Shown here one piece after another: positions 28,049 to 37,493 of a stretch of DNA of 64,000 nt (position 1 is the stretch's first letter; each line of letters opens with the position of its first letter). Origin of the DNA: an uncultured Pseudohongiella sp. Lineage in GTDB: Bacteria > Pseudomonadota > Gammaproteobacteria > Pseudomonadales > Pseudohongiellaceae. The stretch spans positions 966,675-1,030,674 of the forward strand of contig OZ240664.1 of assembly GCA_965198435.1 (NCBI GenBank). The letters are read 5' to 3'. The notes beneath the pieces are model-generated. The model had not been told where the DNA came from. It made no database searches and saw nothing but the letters and a program-made list of their open reading frames with translations. The translations under genes and the position numbers were made by a program.

Positions 28049-28774
28049 TCAGGGTTGGGTGTCAGCGAATAACTGCCGCTCTAATACAGCACCGACAACG
28101 TGACCTATGAAATCAAGAAATAGTGTGTCCAGATTGACGTTGAAGTAGTTTTCAGCATAATTGCCAAGAGCCAGTAATGCCAGCACTTTTCCATTGCTGA
28201 TCACTGGACACAGGGCCGTGGATTTAACAGATTCGGTATTATTGAACAACCAATCAACATGTTCTCCTTTCAGCGCCCCACAATGAGTACGCTTAAGTCT
28301 CAATACATCACCAAAACGGTGTTTTAGTGATGCCAATGAATCAGTTCGAACAGAATTGGCCACTTGCAAATCAGTATGCTCAATTAAAATGATTTCACAG
28401 GCATCAATGCTGTCATGACTGGATAGTTGATCAACTGCGACATTGGTAATCTCAGTAACATTCTTAGCTCTCAGAAGCGCCAGCACCAGGTTTCGGGTTG
28501 TATCGAATAGCTGGTCGTTATTACGAGCATTCTTTAATAGATTATTTAGCTTCTGCCGTGCTTCGATCTCACGTTCACGGAATATTGTTACCTGACGTTC
28601 GAGTAAAGAAATAGCATTGCCACTTGCATGGGGTAATGAAAGTTCGGCCAGCAAATCATCTTGTTGAAGAAAAAATTCGGGATGGGCTCGTAAGTAGGCG
28701 GCTACATCATCGGCATGCAGTTCATCAACACTATCAGTGTCTACTGCTTCCGCAACAGAGGTTTCATTGTTCAT
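28049..28774 (-). CDS. DUF484 (YigA-like) protein
   Basis: 241 aa. VAAYLRAHPEFFLQQDDLLAELSLPH is the typical DUF484 N-terminus. Lies downstream of dapF, as in E. coli and Pseudomonas. Confidence 0.75.
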   Translation of the reverse strand: MNNETSVAEAVDTDSVDELHADDVAAYLRAHPEFFLQQDDLLAELSLPHASGNAISLLERQVTIFREREIEARQKLNNLLKNARNNDQLFDTTRNLVLALLRAKNVTEITNVAVDQLSSHDSIDACEIILIEHTDLQVANSVRTDSLASLKHRFGDVLRLKRTHCGALKGEHVDWLFNNTESVKSTALCPVISNGKVLALLALGNYAENYFNVNLDTLFLDFIGHVVGAVLERQLFADTQP

Positions 28775-29613
28775 AATTTCAGAGTTCCTTCATACACTGT
28801 GGTAGCTGGTCCTGACATTAACACTGAGGATTCATTACCAGACCATGCTATGTTCAATGTTCCGCCCGCTAACTTGACACTTACCCGGGTTCCCAGCAGC
28901 CCCAGGGACTGGCCTGCGACGACCGCAGCACATGCACCTGTTCCGCAGGCTAAGGTTTCTCCGGTTCCGCGCTCATATACCCGCAGTTTTATCTGCTCAG
29001 GGCTGACAATCTGCATGAAGCCAACATTGACGCCTTCAGGAAAATCGGGATGCGAACCTATTGCTCCCCCGATATCTTTTACGGCTGTCTTCGCCAGGTC
29101 TTCAACGATAATGACGGCATGTGGGTTTCCCATGGATACGGTGCTGAACTCAATCGTCGTCGATTCTCCATTTAAATCAATTTGACGCTGATATGTGGTG
29201 TTCTGCATAGGAGCCGAGAAGGGTATTTTTCCCGGTTGCAGCTCTGGTGCACCCATGTCGACTGTTATATTGCCAGCCTGGTCAGTTTCCAGCATCAGTA
29301 TTCTATTGAGTGTCTTCACGGCAACAGGGTTCTTAGTGCTTAACCCTTTTTCCCTGACAAACACCGCAAAACAACGTGCGCCGTTTCCACAGTGTTCCAC
29401 TTCACTGCCATCTACATTAAAGATTCGGTAATCAAAGTCAGCCTCTGGAGAACTGGGAGGTTCAACTAGAAGTAGTTGGTCAAAGCCAATACCGAAGCGC
29501 CGATCAGCGAGTGACTTAACTCTTTCCGGATCAATGCTGACTGGCTGAGTCACACCGTCGATCACGATAAAATCGTTGCCGAGGCCATGCATTTTGGTAA
29601 AAGGAATTTCCAT
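28771..29613 (-). CDS. dapF: diaminopimelate epimerase
   Basis: FTKMHGLGNDFIVID and the two active-site Cys regions are present. I chose the ATG at 29613 over 29631. Confidence 0.9.
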   Translation of the reverse strand: MEIPFTKMHGLGNDFIVIDGVTQPVSIDPERVKSLADRRFGIGFDQLLLVEPPSSPEADFDYRIFNVDGSEVEHCGNGARCFAVFVREKGLSTKNPVAVKTLNRILMLETDQAGNITVDMGAPELQPGKIPFSAPMQNTTYQRQIDLNGESTTIEFSTVSMGNPHAVIIVEDLAKTAVKDIGGAIGSHPDFPEGVNVGFMQIVSPEQIKLRVYERGTGETLACGTGACAAVVAGQSLGLLGTRVSVKLAGGTLNIAWSGNESSVLMSGPATTVYEGTLKL

Positions 29614-29644
29614 GGGTAACAAAATTAACAATCGCTTTGATTAG

Positions 29645-29784
29645 GCAACCTCTGATTAATTACCTACGTTGCTATTGCTGCGTTAAAAATCAGCTCAAAA
29701 TGTGCATTTATGACCTATAAACTGCACTTTTTCACTGATTTTTGCCTTGCACTCACTGCCTCGCAAACATTAATCAGAGGCTCC
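29645..29784 (+). mobile_element. MITE-A copy A9 (140 bp, F)
   Basis: TTAG/TTAG flanks. The left end is the variant GCAACC. Lies between the lysA stop (12 bp) and the dapF start (31 bp). Confidence 0.9.
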
Positions 29785-29796
29785 TTAGAGTTTAAC

Positions 29797-31056
29797 TTAT
29801 TCGGGCAGACAGCTCTCTGCTGCCAACAGTTCAGTAACTTCTTCACGCTTTCGCACCAGGTAATGATTCTCTCCATCAACCATAATCTCAGGAGCACGGC
29901 CACGGGTGTTGTAATTGGAACTCATAACAAACCCATAGGCACCTGCAGACCTGACTGCCAATAGATCACCTGCACTAACGACAAGTTCTCTTTCCTTGCC
30001 CAGAAAATCTGCTGACTCACACACAGGGCCTACAACGTCATAGATCTGCGGTTCCCCCTCTCTTCTTTCAACCGGCACTATATCTTGCCATGCACCATAG
30101 AGTGCCGGGCGGAGTAGATCATTCATTGCACCATCTACGATAATGAAGTTCTTATGCTCATTGCATTTTATATATTCGATTTTTGTTACAAATAAACCCG
30201 CATTTGCTGCAATAGATCTGCCTGGCTCTAACAATAATGTTAGCTCTCTTTGTTCGAATCTGTCGCGTACTGCATGAATCAGGTCTGACGGTTGAGGAGG
30301 TTTTTCGTCTCCATAGGTGACGCCAAGTCCACCTCCCATATCGAAGTGCTGCAATGTGATGCCACGTGAGGCCAGCTCATCAACCATGGCCAGCAATCGA
30401 TCGATTGCATCCAGAAACGGCTCAGTGCTGGTAAGCTGGGAACCGATATGGCAATCAATTCCTGTCAGTTCAATGCCACCCATCTCTGCTGCATCACTAT
30501 AGCCTTGTAAGGCTTCATCACTGGCAATTCCAAACTTGTTTTCTTTCAACCCGGTGGAAATATAAGGGTGGGTCCCTGCATCAACATCGGGGTTCACACG
30601 CAGAGAGACAGGCGCCCGCACGCCATGACTGGATGCTATTTCATTAATTCGATTTAGTTCTGCCATCGACTCGACGTTAAAACAATGGATATTGCATTCC
30701 AAAGCACGCTCAATTTCCTGATAAGTTTTACCGAGCCCGGAAAAGATAACTTTTGAGGTGTCACCGCCAGCCGCTAACACCCGTTCCAGCTCGCCGCCAG
30801 AAACAATATCGAATCCTGATCCCAGTCTTGCGAGTAAATTCAAAACCGCCAGATTAGAATTCGCTTTCACGGCATAGCAAATTAAGTGGGGCAGCTCGCC
30901 CAAGGCTTGCTGATAAATCCGATAGTGCCTTTCTAAAGTCGCTCTGGAATATATGAAACAGGGAGTGCCATAGACACGAGCCAACTCTGTAACTGGCACG
31001 TCTTCTGTAAAAAGTGCCTCTGATGCCCCGTTGGGCCGAAAATTAAAATGATCCAT
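29797..31056 (-). CDS. lysA: diaminopimelate decarboxylase
   Basis: 419-aa PLP-dependent group IV decarboxylase with LysA motifs (YAVKAN, GGGLG). Confidence 0.9.
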   Translation of the reverse strand: MDHFNFRPNGASEALFTEDVPVTELARVYGTPCFIYSRATLERHYRIYQQALGELPHLICYAVKANSNLAVLNLLARLGSGFDIVSGGELERVLAAGGDTSKVIFSGLGKTYQEIERALECNIHCFNVESMAELNRINEIASSHGVRAPVSLRVNPDVDAGTHPYISTGLKENKFGIASDEALQGYSDAAEMGGIELTGIDCHIGSQLTSTEPFLDAIDRLLAMVDELASRGITLQHFDMGGGLGVTYGDEKPPQPSDLIHAVRDRFEQRELTLLLEPGRSIAANAGLFVTKIEYIKCNEHKNFIIVDGAMNDLLRPALYGAWQDIVPVERREGEPQIYDVVGPVCESADFLGKERELVVSAGDLLAVRSAGAYGFVMSSNYNTRGRAPEIMVDGENHYLVRKREEVTELLAAESCLPE

Positions 31057-31092
31057 GGATGGTCGGTCTGATTTGTGGGTATCGAAAGAGTA

Positions 31093-31224
31093 CTAGTAGC
31101 GTTGGAAATTCGCTGTAGAGACTTGTTCTGGCCGAGTCAGGCCGCCTTTCTGGCCGCATGCGCCAAGCATCAGCATCAGGCTGGCCAGGCATACAATTCC
31201 AATCGTTGTTGACGTGCGCTTCAT
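31093..31224 (-). CDS. lptM: LptM/YifL-like small lipoprotein (43 aa)
   Basis: My translation is MKRTSTTIGIVCLASLMLMLGACGQKGGLTRPEQVSTANFQRY. It has the lipobox LGAC followed by GQKGGL and lies directly upstream of lysA. It is below the ORF-track length cutoff. Confidence 0.6.
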   Translation of the reverse strand: MKRTSTTIGIVCLASLMLMLGACGQKGGLTRPEQVSTANFQRY

Positions 31225-31496
31225 CGCTATTATTGAGGGTCAGGTACAAAGAACTGGAGATTATACCGCCAGCATGTCCATAAACACAGGTTGTTCTCAA
31301 TTGCTGGCACCAGATAGAAATGCCTTTAGAATATTGATTTTCTTAGCAATTCCGTTTGTCTCAACTGGTCTTGAAAATTGCCTTTTTGATCTCTATATTT
31401 GCCAACTCTTTTAAATTAGATAATTAAGCAAAAAGACAAATTGAGCCCGAAAAAGTGACTCAAATACTCTGCCCAATTCAATTTGACAAATACTAA

Positions 31497-31636
31497 GGAA
31501 CCTCTGATTAATTACCTACGTTGTTATTGCTGCGTTAAAAATCAGCTCAAAATGCGCATTTATGACCTATAAACTGCGCTTTTTCGCTGATTTTTGCCTT
31601 GCACTAACTGCCTCGCAAACATTAACCAGAGGCTCC
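31497..31636 (+). mobile_element. MITE-A copy A10 (140 bp, F)
   Basis: CTAA/CTAA flanks. Sits in the divergent lptM / ABC-transporter spacer, 24 bp upstream of the ABC ATPase ATG. Confidence 0.9.
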
Positions 31637-31659
31637 CTAATACAATATAGTCTTTAACC

Positions 31660-32592
31660 ATGATTGAAATTCAGAATCTGACAAAAAAATTCGAGCAATT
31701 TATTGCGATCGACAACCTAAGCTTCAATGTGCAGGAAGGTGAAGTCCTGGGTTTTCTGGGCCCTAATGGCGCTGGCAAGTCCACCACTATGAAAGTAATT
31801 ACCGGATTCCTGTCACCAACCAGCGGTAGCGTATCAATCGATGGCTTTGATATTGCTGACAACCCTATCGATGCCAAATCTCTAATCGGATATCTACCGG
31901 AGGGTGCACCTTCTTACGGTGATATGACCACCGTGGAATTTTTACGCTTTATTGCACGAGTACGTGGATTCAAAGGTGAGGAAGCGGAGCGAAAGATTGA
32001 GCAGGTTGTAAGAGAAGTAGCGTTGGAGTCTGTGCGCGAGCAGAGAATTGAAACGCTCTCCAAGGGTTTTAAACGTCGAGTTGGCTTGGCACAAGCCATA
32101 ATGCATGATCCCAAAGTACTCATTCTTGATGAGCCAACAGATGGTTTGGACCCGAATCAAAAACACCATGTGCGTGAACTCATTAAAAATCTGGCCAGAG
32201 ACAAAATTGTCATCATCTCCACTCATATCCTGGAAGAGGTAACGGCTGTTTGTAGTAGAGCAATCATTATTGCTAATGGCAGCATTGTTGCTGATGGCAC
32301 GCCCGCCGAATTGGAATCGCAATCACGATATCACCAGGCAGTGAGCGTAAGATTAAGCAAAGACTATGATCTTGCTGCGGACCTTTCCGGAGTATCAGAA
32401 GTCAGCGCAGTTGAAAAAGTCGAAGATGAGGAACTGACTTATACCATCCTTGCCAGCGATAGTGCTTCAATTTTTTCTCAAGTCTCTGAAATTGCGCAGA
32501 ACAATCATTGGCCGGTAACTGAGTTCCATGTTGAACGCGGACAGCTTGAAGATGTGTTTCGCACAGTCACTCAAGCCGGGGAAGGAGTATAA
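31660..32592 (+). CDS. ABC transporter ATP-binding protein (ABC-2 type)
   Basis: Walker A GPNGAGKST, signature LSKGFKRR, Walker B LILDEPT. Confidence 0.85.
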   Translation: MIEIQNLTKKFEQFIAIDNLSFNVQEGEVLGFLGPNGAGKSTTMKVITGFLSPTSGSVSIDGFDIADNPIDAKSLIGYLPEGAPSYGDMTTVEFLRFIARVRGFKGEEAERKIEQVVREVALESVREQRIETLSKGFKRRVGLAQAIMHDPKVLILDEPTDGLDPNQKHHVRELIKNLARDKIVIISTHILEEVTAVCSRAIIIANGSIVADGTPAELESQSRYHQAVSVRLSKDYDLAADLSGVSEVSAVEKVEDEELTYTILASDSASIFSQVSEIAQNNHWPVTEFHVERGQLEDVFRTVTQAGEGV

Positions 32593-32594
32593 TC

Positions 32595-33329
32595 ATGGGG
32601 CATATTACTACCATCTTTAGACGTGAACTTTTGAGTTATTTTGCAACTCCTTTAGCATATATCTTTGTTGTAATTTTTCTCATCACAAATGGAATCTTTA
32701 CCTTTGATATGGGAGGATTCTACATCCGTGGACAAGCTGATTTACTGCCTTTCTTTGGCTTCCATCCATGGCTATATCTTTTTATGGTGCCCGCAATAGC
32801 AATGACCCTTTGGGCTGATGAGCGTAAAACCGGCACCATCGAGCTTCTACTTACCTTGCCAGTTCGTTTGTCAGATGCAGTGCTGGGAAAGTTTCTGGCG
32901 GCATGGGTACTAACTGGCATTGCGTTGCTGCTAACTTTTCCCATCTGGATTACTGTCAACTATTTAGGTGATCCTGATAATGGAGTGATTCTGGCTGCAT
33001 ACATCGGTAGTTGGTTTATGGCCGGTGGCTTTCTTGCAATTGGTTCGTGCATGTCGGCCTGCACCAGGAACTCTGTGATTGCATTTATTCTTACAGTGTC
33101 TATTTGTTTCATATTTGTGATCCTGGGTTCTCCCATATTGCTCAATGCCTTTCCTGCCTGGGTGCCACAGGTGTTAGTCGATGCCTTCGCAGCAATGGGC
33201 TTCCTCACACACTTTGATTCGATCTCAAAAGGTGTGCTGGATATTCGCGATTTCCTTTTCTTCGCAGTCTTCATTGCAGGATGGCTACTGGCCAGCGCTG
33301 TAGTGATCGAAATGAAGAAAGCCAACTAA
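32595..33329 (+). CDS. ABC-2 family transporter permease
   Basis: 244 aa with about 6 TM segments. Probably translationally coupled to the ATPase gene. Confidence 0.75.
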   Translation: MGHITTIFRRELLSYFATPLAYIFVVIFLITNGIFTFDMGGFYIRGQADLLPFFGFHPWLYLFMVPAIAMTLWADERKTGTIELLLTLPVRLSDAVLGKFLAAWVLTGIALLLTFPIWITVNYLGDPDNGVILAAYIGSWFMAGGFLAIGSCMSACTRNSVIAFILTVSICFIFVILGSPILLNAFPAWVPQVLVDAFAAMGFLTHFDSISKGVLDIRDFLFFAVFIAGWLLASAVVIEMKKAN

Positions 33330-33345
33330 AGAGAGAGAAGAGCAG

Positions 33346-35361
33346 ATGAGTAAGAAATTTTTGTTTTCTCCTACAGGTTTGGCTGCCATCGCTGTGGCAT
33401 TGGTTATCAGTGTCGCTGTGATTAGTGTATTCCCCAGCCTGCGAATCGACTTAACTGAGGATCAGCTATACACCCTTTCAGATGGTAGTCGGAACATCGT
33501 TACAAACCTTGATCAGCCAATCGAGCTGATGTTTTTCTATTCAGAGAGTGGGACTGAAGATCAGCCTCAGATTCGCGCCTATGGCACTCGGGTCCAGGAA
33601 TTGTTGCAAGAGATAGTCATCGCGAGTGAAGGCAGCCTGAATCTGAACGTGATTGATCCTGAGCCATTTTCCGAGGATGAAGATTTGGCCCGTCAGTACG
33701 GGATTCAGGCTGTTCCGGTAAGCCAGGGTGGTGAAGAAATCTATTTTGGACTGGCGGTCACACCGGACATAGCGCCTGAAGATGTGAATCCACTAATACC
33801 TCCAGCCATTGAGACTATGCCATTAGTGCGACCAGATCAGGAACAATTCCTTGAATACGAATTCATGAAGATGATCACTACTGTAGCGAATCCAGATCGT
33901 ACAGTGGTAGGACTTATCACGGAGCTTTCAATTGATGGCGGGTTTGATCCGCAATCCGGTCAGGTAACACCTCCATGGTTTGTTATGGAATTTATTCGTC
34001 AGTTGTATGAGGTACAGCGCATCCCGGTAAGCGCTACTGAAATTGATGAAGAGGTTGATATCTTGATGGTAGTGCATCCACAGGACTTGTCGGAGCAACT
34101 GCTTTATGCCATTGATCAGCATGTGATGCGCGGCGGAGAGACATTGGTATTTCTCGATCCTAACGCTGACTCGATGGTATCGTTATCACCACAAGGCGCG
34201 CTGATTCCTGCTGGTATGAGTTCTGATTTACCGGGCTTATTGGAAAGCTGGGGAATTGAATATGCCAACGATCGAGTGCTGACAGACAACGAACTGGCGT
34301 TGCGCGTAAGAATGAGTCAGACAGAACGGCCAATACCACATCTTGGTATGCTGGGTGTGCAGCGGCAGTATTTGACCCGGCATGACATCATTACAAGTCA
34401 GCTGGAAACCATAAACCTGTCTTCGACCGGTGTTATCTCGCAGGCTGAAAACGCTCGTACCACATTTGAGCCATTAATCGTTTCTTCAAGCGACACCATG
34501 TTAATGGACCGAGTATTGTTAGAGAGTGTTACTGATCCTTCGGCGCTGTTCGATGAATTCGAATCAACAAACGAAAGTCATACCATTGCTGCCAGAGTGA
34601 CTGGCATGATTAACAGTGCTTTCCCCAATGGGCGCCCAATGGTAGAAGAAGAGGAACCTGAAACTGGTACGGAAGCTGAAGAGGCAGAGGAGGGGGCAGA
34701 AGCGGCCGCCGACATGTCCAATAATCCAGCCGAACCCGCCGAAGAGCCAGCCGCTGAAGAATCAGTGGTAGAAGAAGCTGCGGAACATATCGCCAGTTCC
34801 AATGGCTCGGTAAACATCGTGATTTATGCAGATTCAGATATGTTAATGGATCGGCTCTGGGTCCAGGTCGCACAATTTCTGGGGCAACGCATTCCACAGC
34901 CATTTGCCAACAATGGGGATCTGTTGATCAACACGCTGGATAATTTAAGCGGGGGCGCTGATCTGGTAAGTATTCGCAGCCGCGGGACTTATTCACGCCC
35001 ATTCACTCGGGTTGTTGATTTGCAGCGGCAGGCAGATGATCGACTGCGAATTGAGGAAGCCGAGTTATTAGATCGCTTGGCAGAAACGGAGGAGTCGCTT
35101 GCTCAACTTAGTCAAGATGGGGAAGGTAATCCGATTGGCCAGATTACGCCAGAGATACAGGCTGAAATTGATCGCTTCAATGAAGAGCTGTTGGACACTC
35201 GCAGACGCTTGCGTGATGTTCAGTTTCAACTGACAGAAGATATAGATCGCTTAGGCAGTTATCTCAAAGCTATCAATACCGCGCTTATTCCCATACTGCT
35301 GACGGTATTGGCTTTATTGGCACATTTTGCTCGGGTTCGCCGCAGAAGCGCTGCACGTTAG
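33346..35361 (+). CDS. GldG-family ABC-transport auxiliary protein
   Basis: 671 aa with N- and C-terminal TM anchors. Its position after the ABC-2 pair fits the GldG-like layout. Has an acidic low-complexity insert (EEEEPETGTEAEEAEEGAE). Confidence 0.65.
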   Translation: MSKKFLFSPTGLAAIAVALVISVAVISVFPSLRIDLTEDQLYTLSDGSRNIVTNLDQPIELMFFYSESGTEDQPQIRAYGTRVQELLQEIVIASEGSLNLNVIDPEPFSEDEDLARQYGIQAVPVSQGGEEIYFGLAVTPDIAPEDVNPLIPPAIETMPLVRPDQEQFLEYEFMKMITTVANPDRTVVGLITELSIDGGFDPQSGQVTPPWFVMEFIRQLYEVQRIPVSATEIDEEVDILMVVHPQDLSEQLLYAIDQHVMRGGETLVFLDPNADSMVSLSPQGALIPAGMSSDLPGLLESWGIEYANDRVLTDNELALRVRMSQTERPIPHLGMLGVQRQYLTRHDIITSQLETINLSSTGVISQAENARTTFEPLIVSSSDTMLMDRVLLESVTDPSALFDEFESTNESHTIAARVTGMINSAFPNGRPMVEEEEPETGTEAEEAEEGAEAAADMSNNPAEPAEEPAAEESVVEEAAEHIASSNGSVNIVIYADSDMLMDRLWVQVAQFLGQRIPQPFANNGDLLINTLDNLSGGADLVSIRSRGTYSRPFTRVVDLQRQADDRLRIEEAELLDRLAETEESLAQLSQDGEGNPIGQITPEIQAEIDRFNEELLDTRRRLRDVQFQLTEDIDRLGSYLKAINTALIPILLTVLALLAHFARVRRRSAAR

Positions 35362-36689
35362 ATAACGCGCTCTGCATCCTCTGGGGTGCGCACTGGAATG
35401 CGCACCCTGATATGAGTGCCTTCCCCTGGCTCGCTGCTGATCTGTAGTTCTCCCCCGTGGGCCTCCGCAATCAGGCGACTCAAGTAGAGTCCCAGGCCGA
35501 AGCCGCCTGTATTGCGCTGGCGGGAACTGTCTGCTCGATAGAAGGGTTCGCTGATGTGGGGCAAGTGCTCTTCTGCGATGCCTTCGCCTTGATCGATTAC
35601 TTCGATAGCAGCATCCTCTTCCACCCAACTAAGTTTGACCTGGATAGGATTGGATTCACCATGACGAATGGCGTTATTTACTAGATTGGTAAGCAGCAGC
35701 CGTATTCGTAAACGGTCTATGAGGATTTCTTGGTCATTATCAGGTACATCAACTTCGATGCCCCCCTCGTAGCTTTCGAATTGATCGGCCATCCCCGTGA
35801 TGAATTCGGCCATATAAACAGGTTCTTCAGAAAGCAAAGCGTGATCATCATTGAGCCGTTCTGCCTCAATCCAGTCTGAGATCAGTAGATCAATTTCATT
35901 GATATCTTCCCGTAGCTGCTCTTTCTCGGTACTGGAAGGCATAAACTCCAATCGCAGTTTAGCTTTGGTTATCGGTGTGCGTAACTCATGGCTTATAGCT
36001 AATAGAAGCTGTCGTTTTGCTTCCAGCATAGACTGCAATGAATCAGCCATATGGTTAATACTTTCTGTGAGTTCTCCCAATTCATCCTGGCGATTACTTT
36101 CTACTCTGTACCCCAAATCACCTTTCTCGATTCGTTCGGCCCCACGGCGCAGCATTCTTACCGGTGCCAGCAATCGATTTACCATAATGTAGTTCAGAAA
36201 CAGGACGAGTATTGCCAGCGCAGAACCTACATACAAAACAAAAACATTAATGCGGTTCTCGCTTTGAAAACGTGGGTATAGAAAGAACTCATACCCACCT
36301 CGATTAGCATGAATGATCCCCTCGTTATTCACTGTTCTTACTTCTGCATCTGAAGAAAGAGTACGGTCAAAGGTGGAGTCGTCAACATTCAAACGATTAT
36401 CGGGATCTGAACTCCAACGCATGATTGGATTGCGAATATTGATTGTCCAATTCAACTCGCCTGCGAGGCGCATTGCATTACTTAAGTTTGGCGGCGTACC
36501 AATGTCTTTAATAATCGATTCAATATTACGTGTGAAGAAGTCTGGAATTGTATCAATTGAATTTTCGTTTTGATTTATTGCTCGCAACGAGAACGAAACA
36601 ATTATGAAGAAACTGACGACGGTAAATCCGAAGATAAACAGCAATCGCAGAAACAACGATTTTTTGACTTGATCGACAAGGGTGGTCAT
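35358..36689 (-). CDS. sensor histidine kinase (HAMP-HisKA-HATPase)
   Basis: H-box SHELRTPIT, N-box NLVNNAIRH, G-box GGFGLGLYL. Confidence 0.85.
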   Translation of the reverse strand: MTTLVDQVKKSLFLRLLFIFGFTVVSFFIIVSFSLRAINQNENSIDTIPDFFTRNIESIIKDIGTPPNLSNAMRLAGELNWTINIRNPIMRWSSDPDNRLNVDDSTFDRTLSSDAEVRTVNNEGIIHANRGGYEFFLYPRFQSENRINVFVLYVGSALAILVLFLNYIMVNRLLAPVRMLRRGAERIEKGDLGYRVESNRQDELGELTESINHMADSLQSMLEAKRQLLLAISHELRTPITKAKLRLEFMPSSTEKEQLREDINEIDLLISDWIEAERLNDDHALLSEEPVYMAEFITGMADQFESYEGGIEVDVPDNDQEILIDRLRIRLLLTNLVNNAIRHGESNPIQVKLSWVEEDAAIEVIDQGEGIAEEHLPHISEPFYRADSSRQRNTGGFGLGLYLSRLIAEAHGGELQISSEPGEGTHIRVRIPVRTPEDAERVI

Positions 36690-37384
36690 ATCTGCTCACC
36701 GACAAAAGTGTAGCCACGTCCCCAAACCGTTTTAATGAAACGGGGTGTTTTAGAAGTGTCTTTTAACTTATGTCGGAGGCGGCTTACCAATGTGTCCACA
36801 GCTCGAGAGAAAAGTTCTGCATCGATACCGCGTAATCGATTCATCAACTCATCGCGGGTAAAAGTTTTATTTGGAAACTGCATAAAGAGAATGAGTAGCT
36901 CATACTCCATGGTAGTCAGTTCCAGCACATCACCATCGAGTTTTACTTCTCTGCGGGAGACATCAACTTCCAACCCATTGATAGGTTTGATAGACCGTAC
37001 GCCATTATCATCGCTGCTACGGCGCAGAATATTGTGAATACGAGCAACAAGTTCTCTTGGTTCGAATGGTTTGGGCAAATAGTCATCAGCGCCAAGCTCC
37101 AGTCCGACGATTCGGTCGGTTACTTCGGCATGGGCCGTGAGCATGAGTATCGGAAGCTGGCCATAGATTGAAGACTTGGCACGAATCTCCCGGCAAATTT
37201 CAAACCCATCTTTTTCTGGCAACATGACATCCAGAATCAAGAGATCAGGTTTTACTTTTTTTATGAGCTCGAAGCCTTTGCCTGGCGCAAGAGCGACGCG
37301 TACCTTCATATCATAACGTTCGAGATACTGAGTGAGAAGCTCGCCCAGTTTTTCGTCGTCATCAATAATCAGTATTTGTTTCAT
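36686..37384 (-). CDS. OmpR-family response regulator
   Basis: Starts MKQILIIDDD and has a winged-helix C-terminus (RGYTF). I preferred the ATG at 37384 to the upstream TTG at 37417. Confidence 0.85.
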   Translation of the reverse strand: MKQILIIDDDEKLGELLTQYLERYDMKVRVALAPGKGFELIKKVKPDLLILDVMLPEKDGFEICREIRAKSSIYGQLPILMLTAHAEVTDRIVGLELGADDYLPKPFEPRELVARIHNILRRSSDDNGVRSIKPINGLEVDVSRREVKLDGDVLELTTMEYELLILFMQFPNKTFTRDELMNRLRGIDAELFSRAVDTLVSRLRHKLKDTSKTPRFIKTVWGRGYTFVGEQI

Positions 37385-37493
37385 TTTATTACTATTGTTG
37401 GATAGACAGCCTGGCAATAGTACGAATTCGCTCTATCGAAAGCAAATATCCAGGTACCTTCCCATCGACTGAACAGGTATGTTTTTGCGCAAT

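Noticed and set aside
31043-31300. The 85-aa minus-strand ORF overlapping the lysA start.
   Set aside because: No recognisable family. A different frame in the same interval encodes a textbook lipobox lipoprotein (LptM-like), which explains the region better.
31497-31636. An outward-facing promoter in MITE-A. Candidates are TTGCCT-N17-AAACAT near the right end and TTGAGC-N17/18-ATAACA/TAACAA toward the left end.
   Set aside because: The -10 candidates match TATAAT at only about 3 of 6 positions. I cannot support promoter activity from sequence alone, so it remains a question for transcription-start mapping.
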